Below are positions 25,343-37,600 of a stretch of DNA of 64,000 nucleotides, piece after piece. The notes beneath the pieces were generated by a model that made no database searches, had not been told where the DNA came from, and saw only the letters and a list, made by a program, of their open reading frames with translations. Each line of letters opens with the position of its first letter. The first letter of the stretch is position 1. The position numbers and the translations under genes are program-made. This stretch comes from Stylophora pistillata (lineage: Eukaryota), in assembly GCF_002571385.2 (NCBI RefSeq), contig NW_019217966.1, forward strand, positions 411,359 to 475,358. The letters are read 5' to 3'.

Positions 25343-26610
25343 TTGAGAACCAAGGGACAAGTTGAAGGAGGGTTGGCTTTTGCGACCAAGATCTCGGTAA
25401 CCTGGGTAGAGAAGTTTCCATTTAACTATCCTAGCTCGTTTGACGGGACGAAATTTGAAAGTGGTCACTTGGTTCATCTTGAACCAGGATGAATCGAACG
25501 AAGATAAACCAAAGCTGAGCTGAAATTGCCCATATGAATGGTAACCGGGCTGAAATTTGCATACGGTAAACCGGGATAAAATTTCCTTTTGCAAACTTCG
25601 TACCACCAATCAGACTACTCCGTTCAATGGCAGCCAAGCTTATGCGAAGAGACGTAATCCTTGTCTTTGTCAAGAGGATGTGATAATTTATAACCATTAG
25701 CCAATTAAACCTGGCATATCCAGAAATGAAAATGACAAGCTCATACAAGACCTTCAAATACGAAACCCTTCCCGTGCCCTCCAGAAGCATCGACCACATC
25801 CCAAAATTTGTATCAGCAAACCGTTTTCACAGAGTGAAATCTTTAAGATATCAAACTTGAACAGCAGCGATTACAGAGAATACTAACATGTCCTCTGGAG
25901 ACAATCTGTAGCTAACGAGCAAGGTAGATACTTCCCGTTCATTTGGTTGTATCTACTGCGACACTTTCGTGTATTTGCACGTACAGAAGTGATGTTTACC
26001 CGGGAACAAGGAGGCATGTCGTTCGTGGAAAAATATCTGACTAAGGAACAAGAAATTTCCTGTTCAGTCGTCCATCTGTTGCGACATTTCCGTGTCTCCA
26101 CACGCACAAAAGTGATGTTTGCCCGTGAACAAGAAATCACTGAATACTACTGGTATGTCGTTTTTGAGAAAATCTGTGGCTAATGGACAAATTTGTTCAT
26201 CTATGTATTCAGTTGCGACATTTCCGAGCCTCCACATGTAAATAACTGATATTTCGGATCAGAAAATTCTGCTGTATGAAGAAATTTCAACATAAGAGGA
26301 AGCAGACAGAGTCAACTAAACTTTACAAATGTCGTGAGTTTTTCAACCGTGAGATTCGTACAACCATGAATGATAAGGCGCACAAATGAAAATTTCTCAG
26401 TGACAAATGCGAAAAGGAAACTTAAAGAATTGATTCTTGCTGTTTTTTCCACGGCCAACCACGATTTGAAAGTAAATGCTCCAGGCACTCATTAACGCAG
26501 AATGTAAACAAATGAGAAAAAAAAACCGCTCTATTTTAGTTCTATGTCACACAACATTTTAGTTATCATTATATTAGTTATTGATGTGAAAGAAATAACT
26601 TTTCTCTTAC

Positions 26611-26941
26611 CTGAACTACCTTCCAGGAGTTGGTTTACTTTAAAAAATACTGCCTCAATTTGCTGAGGGTCTGTAACATCCATCTGGAAAGTTTTCAGTT
26701 TTTCACTCGCCACAGATCTCAAACTCTGTTCTCCTTCTTCCGTCAAACAAGTCGCCAACACACACACTCCCATCTTGTCCAATCGCAATGCTGTTTCTCG
26801 CCCAAACCCAGAATCACAGCCGGTTATCAGAACATATTTATCCTTTATGTTTAACGTGGCTGTGTTCCTTCTCGAAAAAATTGGAAGAATCAGTAAAATT
26901 GAAACAAACGTTACAATTGCCAAAACGACTATGAACAACAT
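26611..26941 (-). CDS. extra intact SDR first exon (candidate alternative exon 1 of copy 3)
   Basis: ATG at 26941, hydrophobic anchor, [23 protein letters not shown], phase-1 donor G|GTAAG at 26611; no exon 2-4 paralogues before the next exon 1 at 23709. Confidence 0.8.
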
Positions 26942-28753
26942 GATCGTCTTGTTACTTAAAATTTGCAAGATTATTCAGGAGACCGCTTATTTTTAAAATC
27001 TGTGCGGTATGAAGTCTTCAGCTATGTAGGTAGGAAACAACTTATGGGAGATGACCTCAAAACTTAACGACCTTGTATATATATATAGTGCGAGTCAAGA
27101 ATAGGCCCACGCATACGCCTATGCAACATCGTGGCCTATTACGACATAGTTAATAGAGGGTACTACATAGCATTCTTGGAATAAGAGGAATTGGTTCTGC
27201 TTCAAGAACTTTGTCCGCATAATCGTCCTTTTTCAAGCACGCTAATCTTTCTAACTGAACTAAGTCGAAGCTGAACTTTCCTTTCGGCCATGAAATTATG
27301 AATTTAATCTTTTCAACTGAACTGCGTCGAAGCTAAACTTTCCTTTCTATGAAATTATGAATGTTCTCGGCAAAAACAAAATTATGCCTGGACACTGACG
27401 ATTCATTTGAATTTGGCTTTCCAAAAGGTTTCAACTGAGGACTTGTTTACTTAGGACCACGCAAATTGGGCAAAGAGCGCGCAATAGAGAGGAATCCTTA
27501 CAGCTACAGTTCTGCCTTGACACACTTCATTGATTTAATTTTTGCTTCCGCTGCACAAGTTTTAATATTTACCACGCAACTTGGCCGCGCATGATTAGGC
27601 AACATAACAACCAAAATGTTTTACACAATCTGAACGAAATCTGTACATGTTTAGCAGCTGTGAAAGTTTTTGAAAATCAAATAATTCTCTTTAAGTAAGT
27701 AAGCTAGAAGGGTCTCTGATTAAATCCGTTGGAAGACAGTGAAGCAATTTGAAAGTAAAATATAGCTTTAGACTAAATTTAGCTAACTCTTTAACCCCTT
27801 TCATTCCTTTATTCTTATGATATCAGTTCAAAAAAATAGGTATTGGATCGACTTATGATCTCCTAATTGATATTTTTCTTTATTCTCATCACTTTCTTTG
27901 TTTGATATTGAATTGATAATATAGAATCGACCATGAAATACGCGACAGAGGAACTTTCGAACTCATCCAGACTTTGGATTGCAATAGCAATTCTCCTTAT
28001 GGCCCGTCATACATTTCATATAACGACTATTCCGAGAATTTATTGATTAACCAAATAGTATCGCTAAATTCACAATTTTCTTTATTCTCAACGAATTCAC
28101 CAATGTTCCAAATGAAAAATCAATGCTTTGATGGTCCACAATGCATTTCTAATGAGATGCATTGGATATTGTTCTCGGCTTTCGAAGAGGTGTAGCTACA
28201 CAATACAGTAAACGTTCCGTGCAATATTGCTTCACCGGTCAGAACATTCCTATTTCGCAACAAGAAGGGGTTCTCGTCGATTGCGAATGAAACAAATTGT
28301 AAAAAATATGTCTTATCTACGTAGTTGATTGCATATCCAATCAAAAACAACTAGTAGCACTGGTAGCAGTTCAAGTCGCGTGATAACACGGTCGGTAAGG
28401 GAAAGAGTTTGCAACGAGAATATATCTAAAAATTTTTCGCAGACAGTACGGTGAAAATAATTGTCTTAGTGGCAAAAGATGAATGATGAGCAGATCGAAA
28501 ATGAAATTGTTTTTTCCAACTCCTTAAAAACTTAAAAATCTTCCGCAATGCATGCGCGTTATCAAGTGCTGTTCGAGAAACATTACGCTGACACACCAAA
28601 CTTTTTGAGGCATTCGTCTAATTGTTATGGTGTCATTTCTTAAATTGTTGTGGGTAATTTATCTGCTTATTGAAACCATGATACAAAATATTATGTTTCT
28701 TTGTTTATGTCGTAACTAAAAGTGATCCTCCGTTTCTGTTAACAAGGCATTGC

Positions 28754-29046
28754 ACAGTGGACTGAACGAAGTGCCGAGGGACTAGGGAAATTGGTTCGTT
28801 ATATCGAGGTTCTGTGGCACACATTTTACTGTAACTTTAGCCGGGCTGAAACTGAAGTATCGTTCATTAGACAGTAGAACCTCGATTTAACGAACCTCTA
28901 TATAGCGACGTCCTCGGTATAACGAACGATACTTAAGTTTCGGCCCGGCTAAAGTTACAGTAAAATGTACGCCACAGAACCTCGATAACGGACTAATTTC
29001 CCCAGTCCCTTGGCACTTAGCTTCGTTAAATCGAGGCTCCACTGTA
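28754..29046. mobile_element. pogo/Tc1-type MITE plus adjacent inverted partial copy
   Basis: Full copy CAGTAGAACCTCGATTTAACGAA...TTCGTTAAATCGAGGCTCCACTG-TA at about 28872-29046; 28754-28868 is the reverse complement of its right two-thirds. Confidence 0.7.
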
Positions 29047-30449
29047 TTTGGATGTTTCGCGCTAAAATTTGAGGTCGGAAAGATGAACAAACTTCCTATT
29101 AGATATTGTTCAACTAAACTTTGTTGCTTCTTCAGAATTCTTACTACAGCCTAATTATATATTGGAAAAAATATCTTTTGAGGGAACTGTGGTGAAATGG
29201 GAAGTCATTTCGTTTTTTTCCAGCTGCTTGGAGATATTTAACCTCATACCCAGACCCATATTTCAGTTACCGTTACACGGTAGGAGTTTGGTACGAAAGT
29301 ACATTTCTCACGCGGTGGGATCTGGGAATAAGATTACATTTCACCATTACACGGTGGGATCTGGGAACGAGATTACATTTCAGTCACCGTTACACGATAG
29401 GATCTGGGTACGAAATTAGAGGTTTTTTTGGCACAAGCCAATCAAAGTAAGTAAAAGGAACTCTTCACTAACATTGTTTACACTGGAAAATGTTTAACTT
29501 TATATCCAATGATTTTGTAAGAAACGCGATTCTATAAAATGGACGAGATAAAAAATCATAGCAACAATCATTGCATTCAGCTTGGTGGAGAGGTAAAACA
29601 GATAACGGTCAGTTGTTACATTACATTGTAATTCCACACTCTGTACCTTTCAGTCTTCCTTGGGTAAAAAATTATTTTCGTTGAAGAACAGTCTTCTTTT
29701 TATTGCAGACCTATATTCATTTCTTAAGTTATAGTTTACCATGTTTGAGAGTATTTAACCAATAAATGCTAATTTTTATAGTAAAATATTGTTCAGAACT
29801 TCTTTCAAAGCCGGTATTAATAACACGACCAGCTTGTATGTCAGTAAATATGGATTTTTGTCATAGAAATAAATCGAGTGAGTATTTTGAAATTTGTATT
29901 CTGTGGGTTACCCAACATACCTTGCACCACAACGGTCAAAAGTAGGGCGTGCGCGAGGGCATCAATGTTTGGCCGTCCGCGCGCTTCTTTCCCGCGCAAA
30001 CTTTCGAGGAAAACATAAGAAACAACCGCTGTCTCGCACAATAGGATACAAAAATTGAAAAATTAATAGAAATCTGTGAAAGGAAAGAAAATTATGGAGG
30101 AGGAAAACTGGAGACTGTTAGAACACAAAGCTTATTAATCACGGGTGTCCTGTTGATTTACAATTCTGTTTTGAGTTTTGCCGAAAAAGTTATACACTTC
30201 TATACACGGATAATTACTGGCTTGTGTGGTTGTTTGTACCTCGTGTAAGACAACTTGGTTCTGACAGACTGAAAGAACGCCACCTAGGCGCCACCTAGTT
30301 ATTACAACATTGGTCCATATGAGTATGATTAGTGCTGCATGTAAGACAACGTGTGCACACGTCATGTTTTTGACTGAAGGCGGCAGATGTTTCAAACGTA
30401 TCTTACTGAGATCTCATTAAAGCAGATGCTCCGTTGTAACCGAGGCATA

Positions 30450-33261
30450 TCACTTCCTCCTTCGGAAAAAGCTGTCAGCAATGAAAGTGGGCATAAAGGA
30501 AATGAAGATTGATACTTTTGCATCCAGACCCACAGCGTAACGAGTTTTAGGTCGCTGAGAAGTTAAAGCATCGATCACAGCATCCACAACTTTGTATGTG
30601 TCAGGATTGGCACTCTCGGAAACCTTAATGATTCCCTTCTTGACTGTGAAGAGAGAAAGAAAGGCTTAAATTATGGTCTAAACATTATAACCTGCAGAAC
30701 CGGCGCGATTTGTTTGTTTGTTTGTTTTTTTTTTAGCGCTTTTAGGCGAACGGAGGCTAGGGCAAAGCCAGCACGAAGAGCAAGTCACGCGCAAGGGAAG
30801 GCGGGAAAATTTTTTTTCATCTTTCATAATCTATCTGCGTATATATATTTTTTACTTTCTTAAAATGACTTCTTACTTTGATTGAGTTTTCTCTCTCCAT
30901 ACTCCTCCTTTAACTCAGGACTGAGGTCGTCCCATAAATCCTGCGTCGCTTGAATGTTGCGCTCGGTGTGTGCCAAGGCTGTCTTGAACAAGCCGGGTTC
31001 TATGATACTGACCAGTATTCCCCACGGGTTCATTTCACGCCTCAAAGCATCGGAGAATGCTTGCACTCCATACTTTGTTATACAGTAGCTAGAAACGTGA
31101 GGCAACGATACACGACCTGAAGTTGAACCAATAATTAGCGCGTTAAGTCAGTTGTATTTCGTACAATAGTTTTGTAGTTAGCTCAGAATGTAGCCAGCGT
31201 GGTTGAGGTACAAAAGGGGTGGGGGGTGAGGAAACAGGACAAGATAAGACAATGCGAGAGAGAGCCCAGATCTCATGTAACGATGGAGCTTTGCTCTCGA
31301 AAAAAGCCTCCCCTCTCCCATCTTTGTGTGCCAGCTGTCCAGACTACGAAGAGAAGACAACAATCACTTAGAGGCAGGGCTTGTCAGCGAATTCTCAGCG
31401 GAAAGATAAGTTGTCAGACATACGTTGTATTTGAAGTTAAATGAACTGACATCTAAACAACTAAAAATGTCAAAAAAAAACCTATTTGGGCGACCCACTC
31501 TCAGAGTTCCACACGCTGCGCCAACATCAATTTCGTTTTTTAACTCGTGCGACAGACTTCGCTTAAAACGAGGGACTGCTCGTATTCTTTCGTTGCCTTG
31601 GGACTTGACAGACCATTCTCTGATTCGCGTCGCTCAACGTCACATATTTTTCCAAAAGCGACGAAACGTTCGTACAGACTGATGCAGCCGCTGACTTCAA
31701 TCATCCAATTAAAAAGCTAAAAGACGAGATCTCCCCCGTCAAATAAGTGTACATAATGCCTAAATAGGCCCAAAGACAACAGCATCTCAAGGATATTTAA
31801 AAAATGGTGAAATATGTCTGATTTTCTTTTAGCACAGAAAGAGATGCAATAACTCACCCAACATACTTGACATGTTCACCACGCGGCCTCGGGACTTCTT
31901 GACGAGCGACAGAAAGGTTTTAGTAACGTCAATCATGCCCCACAGATTAACATTAGCGACGCGTTTTGATTTTTGTAGAGGTATCCATTCTATTGGTCCA
32001 GTAATAGCGATCCCAGCGTTGTTTACCAACCCCCATACACCTATTTGGTGATCACGCAACAGAAAGGTAAAACTTAATAATTCCGTCAAACGAGTGACCT
32101 ACTATATTTTCGTTTTCATCATCACACTGGCTTGCATAATATAGTGCAACCTCCCTTTAGAGGGCGATCTCGGCACTCTAAATAGTATCCCTTGGGTAGA
32201 CGTGTCCCAAACGGGAAAGAAGTTCCAATGTTGGTACGTAGAGATGGAATCCCTGGTCAGCATAAAATAAGCTCGTCGGAACACGGACTATGCATCATTG
32301 ACTGGTATAAAATATGGAATGAGGTATGGAACCCGGACTACGAACTGCGAACTGGGAATGAAAGCGCGGACTACAATGTAAAGGAATAAGGGATGAAACC
32401 AGGTCAGGTCCTTACAAGATGTTCGTGGCACATTTTCTTTCCTTAGCAATGTCTCTATTGCCTAGATCTCTTTATGCATGCATTTTTACGCAGTCCTTAG
32501 TCCGTAGTCTGTAGTCTGTAGTCCGTAGTTTGTAGTCCGTGGTCCGTAGTCCGTAGTCCGAAGTCCATAATCTATATTTTATACTGGCCTGTAGAAACTC
32601 TTCTTAGGGGAAACACCCTTGGACTAAAGGAAGGGATTATGTGGGTAACAGAAACAGGGGTTTTCGGAGCATTTCGATCTGTGAAGACCAATGTTTTGTC
32701 CTTGAACTTCCTCTTCGTAGAGGCCTCCCAAGGGAGAGTTTATCCATGGATCTATTGTAATTCACGTTTAAAACGAACTTTAAAGTAGAACTGTGTATAA
32801 CTGCTCGGCTGATCATTGTCACCTCTTTGAGCGTGTACCTTTTTTGGACGTATTGCGTGCCTACACTGTACGTTTTCAAAGTGTTCAAGCAAGCCTCTAC
32901 CTTGGTCCGAGGGCAGAAGTCGCTGAATATCTTCGTAAAGATCTTTGATCTGCTCTGAATTTGTCACGTCCAGCCGGAATGTTTTCAGTTTGTCGCTGGT
33001 CGCGGACCTTAGACTCTTCTCTCCTTCCTCTGTCAGGCAAGTCGCCAACACATACGCTCCCATCTTGTCCAGTCGAATGGCTGTTTCACGGCCGAAGCCA
33101 GAGTCGCAACCGGTAATTAAAACATATTTCTGATCCAAGGCGATCGACCTCCTTCGTGAGAAAAACCTGAAGATGATAAAAGTCAAAGTAAAAGCTATGG
33201 CTATTGTTGTGTAAGGGAAGTGCAAGGAACCGTTGTCCAAGATTGACAGAAGCTTATCCAT
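30450..33261 (-). CDS. SDR9C-type short-chain dehydrogenase, copy 4
   Basis: Exons 33261-32901, 32040-31858, 31116-30877, 30643-30450 (last exon absent from the ORF track: IKKGIIKVSESANPDTYKVVDAVIDALTSQRPKTRYAVGLDAK..RRRK*); TGCDSGFG, YCITK. Confidence 0.92.
32255..32589. mobile_element. MITE with 7-bp GTAGTCC subterminal repeats
   Basis: GGTCAGCATAAAATA / TATTTTATACTGGCC inverted ends; GGACTAC units on the left, GTAGTCC units on the right. Confidence 0.6.
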
Positions 33262-34544
33262 GTTTGTCTACGGTTCTTCATATGATCGAGATATTAACTA
33301 TTAACCCGTAAAATATGTGGAGCCGTGCTTCGTTTGCGCAGGTCAAATCAACAATTAACACCTCGGCTATAAATAATCAATTTTTTCGCACAATGGTTAA
33401 TTAAAAAAGTTCAGCTGTTGTTAAACAAAACCGCGTTCTAAAATATCTTCAATTTAGCCGAGCCTTTTATCTGATCATTTATTTTTGTGAACATTGTCAA
33501 GAGGGCGGAAAGCTAATGGTGGAAATAACATTTAACCCTCCTTAATAGAGAATACGTGAGGCCCACTGCTGGCGTAAAACCGCAATTTGAGTTAGACTTC
33601 GTGTAAATAACCGGCCTTAATTGTTTGCCCGGTGATTACAGATGAAACAGACCATGCAAAATTCAACAAAATTGCAACGACTAGAGAACTCAAGAAGTAC
33701 TGTCGAAAGACTGTTTCTACATGCAAAACGTCCCTGACTACGCGAAAGCGTGATGTAAGGAATGCGCGTCACGCAACAATCACGCGTGGTTTAGCAATGC
33801 CTGCAAGCGCCGAGTCAAAACGCGCACATCGCATGACATTTGATTTGCCATTACGCTGTCAGCATATTGATAATCGTATCGTCAAGAGTTCCTGCGAATA
33901 TCACGCTGCAATCGAGAAATAGGGGCCTTGTTACAAAAACGGAGCAAACTACATCGTGCAGAGCGAGCCATGGTTTAGAGAGTCAAAAATGCACTTTCAC
34001 TCCATGAACATTTCATTCTACTTGGTTGTCTACACCTAAGCCTTACCTTGCCAGTGCAGTTATTCTGCTCGGCCTAGTCAACCCTAGAGTTTGCGAAACC
34101 GTCAAAGAGAATAAATACACGTCGTTACGTATTTTGGACATAGTTTGTTTACATTGTATTGTCGTACCCAGGCCACCGCGTTGTAGAGGATTCTCTACAT
34201 GCTAGACAAGCTTCTAACTTCTGACTAAATGATTTCTACCTCTTTGGCAAAAAGAAGAGAAAGCAAAAAACTTTTTTGTCAATTGAGAGCTCAGTGCACG
34301 CACTTCGTAAATTTTTATGTTGTACCATAGAAATGAAAAGTTCTGTCAGCCGTGATAGGACCTTAGAAATAGACCCAACCTATCAGTGGCCCTACTTCTA
34401 GAATTCTCTGAATAGCCACATCTCAGAAGGTACATTGGGAAAGTAAATAAGGATCTTGCGGTTTAGGATTTTGAACCTCGTAAAAGGACGCAGGTCTCCG
34501 AGAGCCGAAGAGGACCGTGACAATCTGGGTACGAAATAAAATTC

Positions 34545-34555
34545 AAAATGGCGGC
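34545..34555 (+). promoter_or_regulatory. YY1-like motif upstream of WDR6
   Basis: AAAATGGCGGC about 135 bp upstream of the WDR6 ATG. Confidence 0.35.
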
Positions 34556-34683
34556 TCTCTTGAACATGAAGCCTTGGTTGTGTACAATTAAAAAACAACG
34601 ATAAGTTCCCTTCCAATGTGATTTATAAATGGAGAGAAGGAGAGGAAATTTCACTTGCAGTTTATCGACGTCTAACTCGAAGG

Positions 34684-37600
34684 ATGGCAAAAACTAGTGA
34701 CTGGATATGGGAAAAGAAGTATTTAACTTCTCCGGTCACGAGTTTAGAGTTTCTAAGTTCGGACTTGGTTCTTTCAGGTGAGAAACAATCTCTTTGCACG
34801 CTTTTCATAAAATGAAATGATACGTCTGCTTAATTTTTACGCAATAAATATCTCCGTCGAAGTTTCCTTTGATCCAGCCTCACGGCTTTGGAGGAGAGCA
34901 TGACTGCATGGCAAAATCGTCAGGAACGACATCAAATCCTCCAAAGTCAAGTAACTCGGGGGCGAAAAGATACCAACTGAGACAACTTGCATGAAATGTA
35001 GAGGAAAATTTAAAATTCGCTCAGGAAAATTTTAGATTGAAAGAGAAGGGTTCCCAGAGATTGTTTATTTGTCATAGAGGAAAGACATAAAATAATATTT
35101 TGCCTAAGCTTCAGGTCTGTGGGTTTGTTTGTTTGTTTTCTCTTGGTTTATTCTTGCAAATCAAGGCACCATACAAAAAATTATCAAGAGCTTAGTGTAA
35201 AAATGCTATTTTTAGCAAGGGGGGGGAGAGGGAGGGGAATATATATACAATGATCAAAAAGTAATGAAAATTAACAGATATTCATCTGAGCACATTCTCA
35301 CATTCTGTTTGCCACTTTAAAATAACACTAAAAAAATTACATACCCAACAGCATTTAAGGCCACCATTTTAAGGTGAATTGGAATGAAATTGGAAAAATA
35401 GCAATAGAACCAAGTGCTGTACTTTTATTTATAATAGAGAACCCTATCATGATGATAGTATAAGCTTTCCAAAAGATTTACTCTCAAGAGGTAAAGAGTA
35501 TGTATTTGTCAATCACACACACAAAAAGAATGCTGATTTTACTTTCTTTAGGAAATGGACCATTCCTTGGTGTATATTCTGTAGCAAAGGGTGTTTTATT
35601 AACTGACAAATGTCTGTTGCAAGGCTCAAGAATACATGGAATAAGAGGTACTCTATGCATCTAGGTTCTTAATTTATAGGTTTTGGCTGGTTTATTGGGG
35701 ATGTTTGCACAATAGTGAGAACATATAAATTTTTTTCATTTATTCCTTTTAAAGTCTACTAAACATTTGATTTGTCAATAATCATCTTGTAAATCAGTAA
35801 AGCAGAAACACAACAAAATGGTAAACTTAAGTCAAATCAACAACAATAATAAAATGTTAGATCTTACAAGTAAGGCTCAATTTTTTTGAGGGGGAGGGGT
35901 GGGGCTTAATACATTTCTTCCTCTAAAGANNNNNNNNNNNNNNNNNNNNNNNNNNNNNNNNNNNNNNNNNNNNNNNNNNNNNNNNNNNNNNNNNNNNNNN
36001 NNNNNNNNNNNNNNNNNNNNNNNNNNNNNNNNNNNNNNNNNNNNNNNNNNNNNNNNNNNNNNNNNNNNNNNNNNNNNNNNNNNNNNNNNNNNNNNNNNNN
36101 NNNNNNNNNNNNNNNNNNNNNNNNNNNNNNNNNNNNNNNNNNNNNNNNNNNNNNNNNNNNNNNNNNNNNNNNNNNNNNNNNNNNNNNNNNNNNNNNNNNN
36201 NNNNNNNNNNNNNNNNNNNNNNNNNNNNNNNNNNNNNNNNNNNNNNNNNNNNNNNNNNNNNNNNNNNNNNNNNNNNNNNNNNNNNNNNNNNNNNNNNNNN
36301 NNNNNNNNNNNNNNNNNNNNNNNNNNNNNNNNNNNNNNNNNNNNNNNNNNNNNNNNNNNNNNNNNNNNNNNNNNNNNNNNNNNNNNNNNNNNNNNNNNNN
36401 NNNNNNNNNNNNNNNNNNNNNNGGCTTACAAGAGGGGGGCTAAATAAGTTTTTTCTATAAAGAGGGAGGCTTATTAGAGGGGGGTGGCTTATTAGAGGGG
36501 GGTGGCTAATTAGAGAGGGGAGCTTAATAGAGGGGGTGCTTGATAAATTTCTTTGTCTAAAGAGGGGGGGGCTTATTAGAGGTGGGGGCCTATTAGAAAA
36601 GAGAGGCTTAATAGAGGATTTACAACAAGTAAAATAATTTTATCCATAACCTGCTACTCCCAAACATCGGTATCCATATTATCCATACCCTTCTCTACAC
36701 ATTTCCTCAGGTACTGACAGCAAGAATTTGTTTCACAATCAAAACATCTTTGGTAATCATTTCCTTTATTTGTGTGATCTTAATGAATGATTCAGCAGTA
36801 TTACTGTCAAGAGAAATTAAGTGCTGGTCACTCTCAGGAGTTAAATGGTTTAGTCAATAGTGCAGGGCTGAACATTAAGGGTAACCAACTAGCCACAGAC
36901 TAGTAGAAATTCAGTTTTGGCAAGTGGTTTTTGATTTCCACTAGCCAGTTTGGCTAATAAACAAACTGAAATTGTNGAGACGTCTAAATTGCCACCATCC
37001 ACTGGGCCAGTAAGTTGAAGAGTTAGTGTTAAGCTCTGTCATGTGTTGTTAGTACAATTCCTGTTGTAAATTTTTTGTTGCATTGTAAGTGAGAAATATT
37101 GTATTAAATAATTCCAACCTCTGGCTAATGTCTAATCACATTGGTTTCCTTTGTTTAGGTGAAAAGACCTTCGGTAACTTAGTGCTTATATTTGGACAAA
37201 AGGTCATAAGGGCTGTCAAATTACAAGAGGATCCCTCCAATTCAAGTATAAGGTAAGAGAGAAATACTGAATATATTCACTGTTTACCTCTTATAAATCT
37301 CTTTTCTCTCTGTTTGAATTCTGAAAATTTTGGCAATAACAGTGACGATAGTTCTGGCTATAAGTATATGTTATCTGTTTGGCAGGAGTGTCATATTGGG
37401 AAATAAATGTGTGCCTGATCTTACATAGGTTACATTCATTAGATTAATTGATCACACCCCACAGGGATTTTCAGGGCCAACACCCACCCATCCCACCCCA
37501 GGGGAGGACATCCACCACACAGTAATCTTGTGCATGGGAAATTAATGTCTCCTACCCCTAACCCTGTAGGAGACGGGGCCTATGGTTTATTTGTCCTTAT

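Noticed and set aside
30415-30452. Stop-codon readthrough extension of SDR copy 4
   Set aside because: TGA-TAT context is not a known leaky signal and the 10-codon extension has no targeting motif
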